Below the pieces are notes generated by a model. It was not told the origin of the DNA, ran no database searches, and was given only the letters and a program-made list of their open reading frames with translations. Positions 1 through 8,897 of a stretch of DNA of 64,000 nt are shown here, piece by piece. The stretch covers positions 1 to 64,000 of the IMG/VR virus record IMGVR_UViG_3300023179_000059. The stretch is one strand, 5' to 3'. The position numbers and the translations under genes are program-made. Each line of letters begins with the position of its first letter. Position 1 is the first letter of the stretch. The stretch is from a virus. Its lineage: Duplodnaviria; Caudoviricetes.

Positions 1-63
1 TTATATATAGGCAAAGCCGGGGCAGAACAGGGTGTTATTGCTCCAATTAACAGTCCAGAATAA
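1..63 (+). CDS. 3' end of an upstream gene (partial; ...LYIGKAGAEQGVIAPINSPE*)
   Basis: Open frame from the window edge to TAA at 61-63, followed by AAGGAG RBS of the next gene. Confidence 0.6.
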   Translation, partial: LYIGKAGAEQGVIAPINSPE

Positions 64-74
64 GGAGAAAAATC

Positions 75-245
75 ATGGAATTAAATCAAGGTGATATTCA
101 GAATCTTATGGTAGTTATTGATCTTGCTACTCAAAGGGGCGTTTTTAAGGCCAGTGATTTGGTGGCTATTGGTCAACTTTATGAAAAACTAAATGGTATT
201 AACAAGAATTTGGTCGAAGAACAAAATAAAAAGCAACCAGAATAG
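75..245 (+). CDS. Small 56-aa hypothetical phage protein (MELNQGDIQNLMVVIDLATQRGVFKASDLVAIGQLYEKL...)
   Basis: Not in the ORF track; strong SD AAGGAG upstream of ATG 75; amphipathic helical pattern. Confidence 0.75.
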   Translation: MELNQGDIQNLMVVIDLATQRGVFKASDLVAIGQLYEKLNGINKNLVEEQNKKQPE

Positions 246-252
246 TGTATAA

Positions 253-482
253 ATGTTTGGATATAGCCATTTACCATTTAGCACATCAGATACTATATAT
301 TTTAACGGGGAGGTCTTTGGTTTTATATTACACGTAAAAACAAAAGATAATTTCTCTAGTAATATAAATACTTTAGTATCATTTACGTTAAGTATACAGC
401 AAGATAATGTCATAATATTATGAACATAATATCTTTTACTTTAAATATCCAAACCACCTTAGATATAGAACTAAAAAGATAA
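253..482 (+). CDS. 56-aa ORF (253-423) plus a coupled 20-aa ORF (420-482), or one gene broken by a 1-nt deletion
   Basis: ATGA overlap at 420-423; the second ORF's TAA (480-482) abuts ATG 483; shared repeat VSFTLSIQQ / ISFTLNIQT. Confidence 0.45.
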
Positions 483-788
483 ATGCCAAGTGAAATTCAT
501 CTAAATGATATTGGTACTAGATTTTTAGCCACTATTAAGGATAATGGCACTGTTGTAGATATTTCTAATGCCTCGCAAATTCAAATGATTTTTCGCCGCC
601 CAAGCGATGAATTATTTTACAGAGTGGGCAGTTTACTAACTAACGGCATAGATGGTAAAGTATATTATGATACAGTTTCTGGAGATTTATCAGAAATTGG
701 TATGCATAAATTACAAGCAAAAGTATATCTGCCAAGTGGAACATATTATACGGACATTTATTCTTTCCAAGTACACTGTAACCTATAG
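483..788 (+). CDS. BppU-N-like small virion/baseplate protein
   Basis: Motif pattern NDIGTRF...VDISNA...FRRP...GKVYY...GDL...G...LQAKV resembles the BppU N-terminal family. Confidence 0.55.
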   Translation: MPSEIHLNDIGTRFLATIKDNGTVVDISNASQIQMIFRRPSDELFYRVGSLLTNGIDGKVYYDTVSGDLSEIGMHKLQAKVYLPSGTYYTDIYSFQVHCNL

Positions 789-795
789 GTGAAAT

Positions 796-1320
796 ATGAG
801 TTGGCAAGGTCAAATGTCTACTATAGTTCGTCATTTAATAAACGACTTAGATCCAGAAAATTATAAATATACTACAAACAGAATTGAAAGCAGTATATTG
901 GTTTCTGCATTTTTGGTGGCTAGAGAAGCAGATTTTTCAAATTCATACGATATTAATGTAGAAAATTGTGGCATAAATCCAGATCCAACAGAATCAGACA
1001 CAAAAGATCAAGATTTTATAATATTAACATGTCTTAAAACTGCGTGTATAATAATTGGAAGTGAACTTAAGATAGAAGCTGCAAATGCTATATCTATTAA
1101 AGATGGTCCATCAGCAATAGATCTTAGAGGTGTGGCTAGTACATTATCAGTATTATACAAAGATTTATGTGAAAAATATGAAGCCGCTATGATGGATTAT
1201 CGTGCTGGTGGAAGTATTGCTGGTCAAGCAGTACTTGGTCCATATAGTCCCGGCAGCGACTTTGTTATAAGAACATATACAGATAACGATCTTCGCGGCG
1301 GCGGATATTTCATATACTAG
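796..1320 (+). CDS. Putative head-tail adaptor/neck protein
   Basis: IVRHLINDLD...YT...I N-terminus typical of connector proteins; position upstream of neck/tail genes; SD AGGTG. Confidence 0.45.
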   Translation: MSWQGQMSTIVRHLINDLDPENYKYTTNRIESSILVSAFLVAREADFSNSYDINVENCGINPDPTESDTKDQDFIILTCLKTACIIIGSELKIEAANAISIKDGPSAIDLRGVASTLSVLYKDLCEKYEAAMMDYRAGGSIAGQAVLGPYSPGSDFVIRTYTDNDLRGGGYFIY

Positions 1321-1328
1321 GAGGAAAA

Positions 1329-2252
1329 ATGGCTATTAAATCACAGGCTCAATTAACATCAGATATACAAACACGCTTGGCAGACAATAACGCTGGATTA
1401 ATTTCAGCCGCCGACGTTAGAGAAAATATGGTCAACATCGTTGACTCTATTAATGTAATTGTTGGTAGTGGTAATTTTGATAGTCAAACTCCATTTACCG
1501 CTGCAAACGTAAGAGCAAAAATTGTAAATAGTCAATATGGTTTATTTGTTGCTGAATCCGGTGTTAATTTTCCAAATGGCGGTGGAACGCAATACGTTCC
1601 ATATCCCGGCCCACAAGGAATTTCACACACAGGTATAGCAGATTTAACAGTTGGCAATCCACACACACAATATTTACATGTTAATGGCTGGAACAGAGTA
1701 ACCGGCAATTTGCCAATGGGTAATAGATGGATAAATTCTAGTGGCAATATTGATCAAGCAAATACAACATTTAACGATAGAGGATTTAAGTTTACATATG
1801 TAGATAGCAACAATGAAACTATCAGTGTTGGCAATAAGTCTACAATGAACTTTGATGTCGATAATTCAAAAATATTTAGTGCTAAAGGTGTAGCGCAGGC
1901 ATGGATTAGATTTCAAGGTACATCTGGTAATTTAGTAGTAAATTCATCTTATAATGTATCTGGAATTCATCATATAAATAATGGTTACTACAAAGTATTC
2001 TTCAAGCCATTAACATTCAACGATGCCACATATCTTGCCCTTGGTAATAGTAATAGCACAACTGGCTCTGGTTCTCCACAAGACTTTGACTTAAATACCG
2101 TTGGTATTATAGAAAGAACAAAAGACTATCTAACATTTGTAGTTAGAAATGATAATGGAGAATATGTTAATGCTAGAGTCAACGATCTAGTAGTATATGG
2201 TAATGCTAGCGGCGTAACCGCATCCAGTTCACCAACAATAGTAAACATATAA
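1329..2252 (+). CDS. Virion structural/fibre protein
   Basis: SD AGGAGG; LADNNAGLISAADVR, PHTQY and AQAWIRF..G....SSYNVS motifs common in phage fibre/decoration proteins. Confidence 0.55.
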   Translation: MAIKSQAQLTSDIQTRLADNNAGLISAADVRENMVNIVDSINVIVGSGNFDSQTPFTAANVRAKIVNSQYGLFVAESGVNFPNGGGTQYVPYPGPQGISHTGIADLTVGNPHTQYLHVNGWNRVTGNLPMGNRWINSSGNIDQANTTFNDRGFKFTYVDSNNETISVGNKSTMNFDVDNSKIFSAKGVAQAWIRFQGTSGNLVVNSSYNVSGIHHINNGYYKVFFKPLTFNDATYLALGNSNSTTGSGSPQDFDLNTVGIIERTKDYLTFVVRNDNGEYVNARVNDLVVYGNASGVTASSSPTIVNI

Positions 2253-2253
2253 C

Positions 2254-3324
2254 ATGTCAAATCCAATATTAGCTGATAGAATAAAAGAATTAAGTTATAC
2301 TGTTGGTACGGGCAATTTTCACTTAAATGGTGCCGCACAGGGATTTAGTTCTTTTTCATCTCAATATAACTACAATGATTATTTATTATATGCTGCAACT
2401 GATGGCACAAGATATGAAATTGGTTCTGGTCAATATATTTTAGATGGAATAAATAATGCATTACGACGTTTTCCATTTAGAAGTTCAAATAGTAATCAAA
2501 TAATTAACTTTCCCGCTGGACTTAAAGAAATCTATGTTACATATCCAGCAACTCATAGCGTATATACTGGTTCTGGTATATCAAACTTAAATTTTCCACA
2601 AAAAAGTGGAGTTGCTGTTTGGTCAAGCTCAAATATATTAAATTATGATAACAATATAGTATGGGATTCTGATAATAAACGACTTGGTATTATAAATCAA
2701 AATCCAGAATATGGAATACATGTTGGTGGTAATGGTCAACAATCTTCAGTGTTTGCATCCGGTTTTTATGTTGGAACTTCTGGAATATATTTTCCATCTG
2801 GCAACAATGGAGACTCAGGATATCAAGGTGGAAGACAATTAGCGCACTTTGTTCCAAATGAACTTGGTGATGCTAACATACAAGCAGTTTTAGAATTAAG
2901 CGGTGTTATTGATAATATTTTCTTTTTTAAGAAACAAAATGCTGGATTGGTTTTTGCTGGTCCACCAAGTGGCTGTTCTCCACCATGTTCTCCAGCATAT
3001 CCAAGTTTTAGACCACTAGTAATAAATGATATTGAAGACTTAGTTGATGTATCTGGACTAATAAATACACATGTACATGGTAATATTTCTAACTCTGGCA
3101 CAATAGGATCAACATCTGGATTAATGGTTGTAACTGGTTCTGGTGGATATATACAAACATCTGTATTACCAGCACCATATTTTAAAACAATAACAAATTA
3201 TAATGATACTGGTACATCTGGTCAAATGACTTTTGATAGCGATTATGTATATTTTAATGTTCCAAGTGGTGATAGTCCAACTGGACTAGTTTGGAAAAGA
3301 GCAGCTATATCTATTTGGGGTTAA
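2254..3324 (+). CDS. Tail fibre-like virion protein
   Basis: N-terminal LADRIKE...GTGNF.L.GA..GF, internal VFAGP.SG...P.FR.LV and C-terminal G.M.FD.DYVY...WKR motifs of phage fibre proteins. Confidence 0.6.
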   Translation: MSNPILADRIKELSYTVGTGNFHLNGAAQGFSSFSSQYNYNDYLLYAATDGTRYEIGSGQYILDGINNALRRFPFRSSNSNQIINFPAGLKEIYVTYPATHSVYTGSGISNLNFPQKSGVAVWSSSNILNYDNNIVWDSDNKRLGIINQNPEYGIHVGGNGQQSSVFASGFYVGTSGIYFPSGNNGDSGYQGGRQLAHFVPNELGDANIQAVLELSGVIDNIFFFKKQNAGLVFAGPPSGCSPPCSPAYPSFRPLVINDIEDLVDVSGLINTHVHGNISNSGTIGSTSGLMVVTGSGGYIQTSVLPAPYFKTITNYNDTGTSGQMTFDSDYVYFNVPSGDSPTGLVWKRAAISIWG

Positions 3325-3327
3325 TAC

Positions 3328-3810
3328 ATGCCAGTAAATGTACCAGAGAGTGTATTTGATAAATATTATGATGTTATAGATTCTACATTTGACATCTTTG
3401 GTGTTAAATGTCAGTTGGTATCTATCAACAAGGTTGAAGAAATAAATTATAATCCCAACAATAATATACCAAATAAAAATTCTATTAACGCGCATAGAAA
3501 TAGTAATGGAACTATTAATCGTGGTAATATAACAATTAAAGAAGTTGAAGTTTTAACAGAAGTTAAATTAAAAGTATACTGGGATCAAAAACAGTGGACC
3601 GGAGTCACTGATAATATACAATTACCGGATGGTAGTATACAAACAATTGGTTTTATGAGAGACTTGCCGTCAGTACTAAAAGCAAAACAACTAATTGTAC
3701 ATTCTGGAATAAAAGATTATAAAGAAATAAGATTTGAAAGAATAGGTGAACATATTCCAATGGGTCTTCGTCAAGACCGTTATTTTGGATGTTTTTGGAA
3801 GCGTGTATGA
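3328..3810 (+). CDS. Putative head closure/completion protein
   Basis: Size, beta-rich C-terminus (GEHIPMGLRQDRYFGCFWKRV) and gene order in the neck module. Confidence 0.45.
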   Translation: MPVNVPESVFDKYYDVIDSTFDIFGVKCQLVSINKVEEINYNPNNNIPNKNSINAHRNSNGTINRGNITIKEVEVLTEVKLKVYWDQKQWTGVTDNIQLPDGSIQTIGFMRDLPSVLKAKQLIVHSGIKDYKEIRFERIGEHIPMGLRQDRYFGCFWKRV

Positions 3811-4439
3811 TTACTCTCCAGCTAGTTGATAGTTTAGATGTAATAGAGAAAAATGTTGCAAAGGCATTGTCAGAGCTTGCTAATAATATTATTTCAAAAA
3901 ATCAAAATACTATTTTAAGTAGATGCAAAGACTTAACAAAAAATTGGATATTATCACAACCAGAAATGATGTCATTAAGTTCATCATCTCCAGAATCTTT
4001 AGCTGGTCAACTTGGAATATATGCTGGATCTGCAAATAGAATTATACAAGGAATAGCTTCAACAGTAGAAAATTCATTATCTATAAAGATGGTTAAATTT
4101 GATAATAAGTTAAAGGGTGGTATAGAAGTAAATTTTCAACCAAGCAATTTTGTTAATTTATTATCATTAAGTGAAGGTCATATTGTTTTTAATGGTGGAG
4201 ATTTACACTGGTTAGATTGGTTACTAAAACGTGGCGATAATATAATAGTAGTAAATTATCAATATAATCCAGAAAGTGGTCTTGGTAGATCTGGACTAGG
4301 AAATATGATACCCGGTGGCTCGTTTAGAATACCACCAGAATATAGTGGCACAGATGATGATAATTTTGTTACTAGGGCGTTAATAGGAACACAACAAGAA
4401 AAACAAATATCTAAAATTTTTCAAGATATACTCAAATGA
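3807..4439 (+). CDS. Putative neck/tail-completion protein
   Basis: Likely start at ATG 3807 (ATGA overlap with the upstream stop); LHWLDWLLKRG motif; gene order. Confidence 0.4.
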   Translation: MITLQLVDSLDVIEKNVAKALSELANNIISKNQNTILSRCKDLTKNWILSQPEMMSLSSSSPESLAGQLGIYAGSANRIIQGIASTVENSLSIKMVKFDNKLKGGIEVNFQPSNFVNLLSLSEGHIVFNGGDLHWLDWLLKRGDNIIVVNYQYNPESGLGRSGLGNMIPGGSFRIPPEYSGTDDDNFVTRALIGTQQEKQISKIFQDILK

Positions 4440-5410
4440 CAGATTATCTTAAATTAAAAGGTTTTAATGATATTTTCGAAACAACTCTAAATAATGAGTT
4501 GCAGGATAATATCATAGAATTTTTAGATTGGGCTTTATTAGAAAAGGGCAATTACTTTAATGTAACCCTTAACGAAGCATCCCCAAATGGTCAAGATTAT
4601 AGTTTATTAAGATTATCGTCTAATGATAATTATTTATACGGTCAAGCTTGGGAGGGTTTTAGAAAAAACTGGATATGGCAAAGTGGCGTGAATCATAATC
4701 CAGCCCCAATTGTTGGAACTAACAATGCAATCCCCGGTATTTCTGGTGTTTATGTAAATAATCAATTTTATTCATCCGCCACTACCGGCACATATTCTCA
4801 TAAAGTTGATTATTATAATGGTAGAATTATATTTGATTCTCCAATACCAAGTGGTAGTAAAGTACAGGCAGAACATAGTTATAAATATGTAAATATTATA
4901 TATGCTAATAATTTGCCTTGGCTAAGAGAGATTCAGTATAGAACCCAAGAACCATCTTTGTCATTTTTAAACGTTCAAAAGGGTGAATTTTCACTTCCTG
5001 CCGAAATGAGAGTTCAGCTTCCAGCAATAGCTGTAGAAATTGTACCAAAAAGAACCTTGCGTGGATATCAGCTTGGTGGTGGTCAATTTGTTGATACAGA
5101 TATTATTTTTCATTGTTTGGCAGAAGATGAAAATACTAGAAATAAATTACTAGATATTATATCATTTCAAAATGACAAAACAATACTTATGTTTAATAGC
5201 AATACTATTGCAAATAGTGGCGCTTTTCCACTAAATTATTTTGGCGTTCCGGTTTCTGGAGCATTAAGATATCCAGACTTGATCAATAAATACTCCAGCA
5301 ATAGAATTAGACTAAAAAATGCTATTGTTCAAAATATGGACTTAATTAATACAAATTTCTATGCTGGATTAGTTAGGCTAACGGCAGAAGTAATTAATAC
5401 GCAAATATGA
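4436..5410 (+). CDS. Putative tail terminator protein
   Basis: Immediately upstream of the tube gene; LPAIAVE...D.IFHCLAEDE..RNKL.D pattern typical of terminators. Confidence 0.5.
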   Translation: MTDYLKLKGFNDIFETTLNNELQDNIIEFLDWALLEKGNYFNVTLNEASPNGQDYSLLRLSSNDNYLYGQAWEGFRKNWIWQSGVNHNPAPIVGTNNAIPGISGVYVNNQFYSSATTGTYSHKVDYYNGRIIFDSPIPSGSKVQAEHSYKYVNIIYANNLPWLREIQYRTQEPSLSFLNVQKGEFSLPAEMRVQLPAIAVEIVPKRTLRGYQLGGGQFVDTDIIFHCLAEDENTRNKLLDIISFQNDKTILMFNSNTIANSGAFPLNYFGVPVSGALRYPDLINKYSSNRIRLKNAIVQNMDLINTNFYAGLVRLTAEVINTQI

Positions 5411-5415
5411 AATTT

Positions 5416-5431
5416 GTGTATAGATATTTAG
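5416..5431 (+). promoter_or_regulatory. Candidate late promoter GTGTATAgataTTTAG upstream of the tail tube gene
   Basis: Intergenic; related 16-mers at 245, 1044, 8491, 27230 and 37394, all on the + strand. Confidence 0.5.
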
Positions 5432-5459
5432 AGTTTCCATCATATAGGAGAGAATAATA

Positions 5460-6569
5460 ATGCCACAAAATAATCGTATATTTTATGCTTGTCAGGCTGT
5501 TGTTATAGCTCCATGCTTTGATGCCCATACAGACGCAAGCAGTAGAACCGTACACGGCGCTCAAAGTGTTGGTATTACAACAAATTTTAATCTAGAACAA
5601 GCCTTCGAATTAGGTCAAATTCAGATTTATGAAAATATTGAAGGTCTACCAGACGTAGAAGTAACAATTGAAAAGGTACTAGATGGTTATCCATTAGTAT
5701 ATCATCTTGCTTCACCAAAAGCAACTTCTGCCAACCTTGTTGGCCGATCAAAAGAAAGATGCTGTGTTGGTCTTGGTATATATGACGAATCAAAAGATGC
5801 TGTTACTGGCAATGCCCCTGTAGAAGTTTATATGAGTGGAATGTATCTAAGTAGTATTAGTTATACATTTCCAACAGATGGAAACTCAACAGAATCTGTA
5901 ACTCTTGTTGGCAATCATAAAATATGGAATCTCAGTCCAACTTTAGTAAACTCTGTACAGGCATCAGAAATACCAACTGGTATTGGTGGAATTGGAACAG
6001 ACAGTCCAGCAGCACTTGTGCTTGGTAGTGGTGGCATTCAAAGGCGTGAAAATGTTAAAATGAGTTCTTGCATTATTCCAAAGTCTGTATATGGTGTACA
6101 GCAAAATAGTAATGCTGGTAATAACTGGAATGCTGGTACAAGTTCTCCCTATGCACACATTCAAAGCTGCACAATTAGTACAGACTTTGGTCGTGAGGAT
6201 ATTCTTGAACTTGGTCGTAAAGCTCCATATTATCGTTCACCAAACTTCCCAATCGAAGTTACTTGTGAACTAGAAGTTATTGCAGTCAGTGGCGACTTTG
6301 TTTCAGCATATGAAGAAGGAGAACCAACATACATTGGTACTACAAATGAAGGTAATAATACTGCCGAAGAAACAATTAGAATTGAACTAGACGATGGTAC
6401 ATTCTTTAGCCTTGGATCAAAGAATAGATTGTCAAGTGTTACATACGGCGGCGGTGACGCTGGCGGTGGTAATGCAACAATCACATATAGCTATACTAAT
6501 TTCAACGATCTAATAGTTGGTCACAATCTAGACCCAGCAAAGGCTACAATTGTTCCATACCCAACATAA
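5460..6569 (+). CDS. Major tail tube protein with internal duplication
   Basis: SD AGGAG; two QS..I.T.F..E...ELG tube-fold motifs 200 aa apart; precedes chaperones and TMP. Confidence 0.7.
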   Translation: MPQNNRIFYACQAVVIAPCFDAHTDASSRTVHGAQSVGITTNFNLEQAFELGQIQIYENIEGLPDVEVTIEKVLDGYPLVYHLASPKATSANLVGRSKERCCVGLGIYDESKDAVTGNAPVEVYMSGMYLSSISYTFPTDGNSTESVTLVGNHKIWNLSPTLVNSVQASEIPTGIGGIGTDSPAALVLGSGGIQRRENVKMSSCIIPKSVYGVQQNSNAGNNWNAGTSSPYAHIQSCTISTDFGREDILELGRKAPYYRSPNFPIEVTCELEVIAVSGDFVSAYEEGEPTYIGTTNEGNNTAEETIRIELDDGTFFSLGSKNRLSSVTYGGGDAGGGNATITYSYTNFNDLIVGHNLDPAKATIVPYPT

Positions 6570-6613
6570 TTAGTTAGTTAAAAACTTAACCAAGGACACA
6601 AAAGGAAACAAGC

Positions 6614-6665
6614 GACTCCCGCCATGAGGTTTTTATGAAACACCATGAGCGGGAGTTTTTTATTT
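6614..6665 (+). terminator. Long hairpin plus U-tract overlapping the RBS and first codons of the 6635 gene
   Basis: ACTCCCGC (6615-6622) pairs with GCGGGAGT (6649-6656); inner CATG/CATG and GTTTT/GAAAC pairs; followed by TTTTTATTT. Confidence 0.6.
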
Positions 6666-7684
6666 CAAGAATAAGGAGTGGAAAACTAAGAATAAAATAT
6701 GAAGATTTAATTTTATATATTATACCACCAACATTTGACATATTATCAGATTCTTGTGAAACATACAATGAAATTTATCAACAGTCATATATTGACGGTG
6801 TAATGGATGAAGATGAAAATAATCAATGGATGTTAGAAAATGGACTATGGTCATATTCAGAAGAGGAAAAAATTAAAGTTATACAAAAAGATATTGAAAA
6901 ACTAAAAGTAGAAATATATAATGCACGTAATAATGAAAGGTTGGCCCAAACTATTCGTGCGTATATCAGAGCAGCAGAAAAACAACTTAATCAACTACAC
7001 AGCAAAAAACACATGTATTATTCAAACACATGTGAAGGAATAGCATCTTCTGAAAAAGCAATACATATAGTCAAAAATTCAACATACAAAAATAATGAAT
7101 TATATGACTTTTCAGATGTATCATTATCATATATTATGGATGAATATAATGCATCTATTTTATCAGAAAAAGAATGTAGAGAACTTGCGCGTAATGAACC
7201 TTGGAAATCTATGTGGATAATAAAAGATAAAGCTGGCATTAAACTATTCGATAATCCCCCAAACACAGACTTAACATATAATCAGAAAAATATTGTAATT
7301 TGGTCACAAATGTATGATAATATACAGGAGTCTTTAGATTGTCCAAGTAAAGATGTTATAGATGATGATGACATGCTAGACGGTTGGTTTATAATACAGG
7401 GCAAGAAACGAGACAAAGAAAAGGCAGATAGAGAATTCGAAGAATCAGTAAAAAGCGACAAAATAAAAAATTCTTCAGAAGTATTTATGATGGCTTCAAA
7501 TGATAAAGATGTTGATAGAGTAGATAGTATGAATAATATTCATGGAAATATGATAAAGAAACAAAGATTAAATCTTATTAAAGCAAAAGGCTCAGTCGAA
7601 CAACAGCATTTTGCGGATGAACAATTAAGATTAAGATCTCAAGCAACTAACCAATTTAAGGATAAGTTTAAAGGAGGAAAATAA
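6635..7684 (+). CDS. Hypothetical protein, probably tail assembly chaperone-related
   Basis: Located between tube and TMP; charged helical protein; SD GAGG. Confidence 0.4.
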   Translation: MKHHEREFFISRIRSGKLRIKYEDLILYIIPPTFDILSDSCETYNEIYQQSYIDGVMDEDENNQWMLENGLWSYSEEEKIKVIQKDIEKLKVEIYNARNNERLAQTIRAYIRAAEKQLNQLHSKKHMYYSNTCEGIASSEKAIHIVKNSTYKNNELYDFSDVSLSYIMDEYNASILSEKECRELARNEPWKSMWIIKDKAGIKLFDNPPNTDLTYNQKNIVIWSQMYDNIQESLDCPSKDVIDDDDMLDGWFIIQGKKRDKEKADREFEESVKSDKIKNSSEVFMMASNDKDVDRVDSMNNIHGNMIKKQRLNLIKAKGSVEQQHFADEQLRLRSQATNQFKDKFKGGK

Positions 7685-8016
7685 TGGAAGATTATAAGAA
7701 AATAAGAGAGTCAAAATATAAGTTAGATTCTAAAGATAGACTATCTAAAATTTTGAAAAAGAAAATACAAACAACTATGATTGGCGCACTTAGTACTATA
7801 GAAGATAATTTTGGATTTTTGTGGCAAACAAAGGATGGCAAACTCACAAAAGAACAAGAATTAATGAAAGATCTATATAACAAAGTAAGATCTGAAATAT
7901 TAGATAAGGGCAATAATCAAGCTAGAAATATAGACGCAGAACTTTCTCAATATGAAGTTGAGTGGCTAAGATATTCGATGAAGATACCAGTTATTTCACC
8001 TAATGATAAGGAGTAA
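7684..8016 (+). CDS. Hypothetical protein (tail assembly region)
   Basis: ORF coupled to the upstream gene; SD AGGAGG. Confidence 0.5.
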   Translation: MEDYKKIRESKYKLDSKDRLSKILKKKIQTTMIGALSTIEDNFGFLWQTKDGKLTKEQELMKDLYNKVRSEILDKGNNQARNIDAELSQYEVEWLRYSMKIPVISPNDKE

Positions 8017-8019
8017 ATT

Positions 8020-8847
8020 ATGAAGGACAAGGAAAAGACAGTAGACGTTAAAGTCACAGATGCTAACGGCGAAAAGACAGTTAAGATTGTTGTAAAGCGT
8101 CCAAACAACGCATTACTTTCTCAAGCACAGAGATTGAGCGCAAAAGTGTGGACAGACTGTGTGCGTGATGGAATTATGACTAAGAAAGAACTTGAAAAGT
8201 TTATGAAAGAGCAGGATATTTGGAATAACGACAAGGATGTTGAACAAAAAAAGATTACTGAAGAAATCAGTAGACTTGAAAAGGAATTATATGTTAGTGG
8301 CAAAAATGGTAAATTACGCGCAAGTGAAGGTAAAAATATTGCCATTGACATGAGAAGAAAACGTATAGAATTGCGCGAACTTATTGCTGAAAGAATGAGT
8401 CTAGAACAAAATACGGCAGAATCATTATCTGACAATGCCAGATTTGATTTTCTAGTAGCAAACTGCACATTTCATGAAAATGGCAATAAGGTGTATAATA
8501 ATTTAGATGAATATACTGCAAATTCGGATAGTGAAATTGCCTTTGCGGCAGCAACCGCACTGGCCCAAATGATGTATTCTGTAGACAAGGATTTTGAATC
8601 TAAACTACCAGAAAATAAATTCCTTAAAATGTTTAACTTTGTTAACGATGACTTAGCATTAGTTAATGATAAGGGAGAAAGGGTAGATACAGAAGGTCGA
8701 AGAATAGATGAATTTGGATATTATGTAAATGAAGAAGGAAAACGTGTAGATAAAGATGGAAACTTACTTGACGAGAATGGAAATTACATTCCTTCAGTCA
8801 CGTATGTAGACGATAAGGGAAAGAAGCTGAGTATTAAAGACGAATAA
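8020..8847 (+). CDS. Putative tail assembly chaperone
   Basis: Directly upstream of TMP; KIVVKRP..ALLSQAQR pattern; SD AAGGAG. Confidence 0.45.
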   Translation: MKDKEKTVDVKVTDANGEKTVKIVVKRPNNALLSQAQRLSAKVWTDCVRDGIMTKKELEKFMKEQDIWNNDKDVEQKKITEEISRLEKELYVSGKNGKLRASEGKNIAIDMRRKRIELRELIAERMSLEQNTAESLSDNARFDFLVANCTFHENGNKVYNNLDEYTANSDSEIAFAAATALAQMMYSVDKDFESKLPENKFLKMFNFVNDDLALVNDKGERVDTEGRRIDEFGYYVNEEGKRVDKDGNLLDENGNYIPSVTYVDDKGKKLSIKDE

Positions 8848-8897
8848 TCTGCGGATAGTTATGGGGTCAATTTACTTCAAACTAACTGTAGGTTAAT

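Noticed and set aside
1285-1320. Ubiquitin-like LRGG near the C-terminus of the 796 protein
   Set aside because: Single occurrence in a Gly-rich tail, with no beta-grasp pattern or E1/E2 genes in the window
8817-8823. Lambda-type slippery heptamer G-GGA-AAG in the last gene before the TMP (possible G/GT frameshift)
   Set aside because: The -1 frame stops after four more codons (E-A-E-Y-TAA), so no GT-like extension is produced
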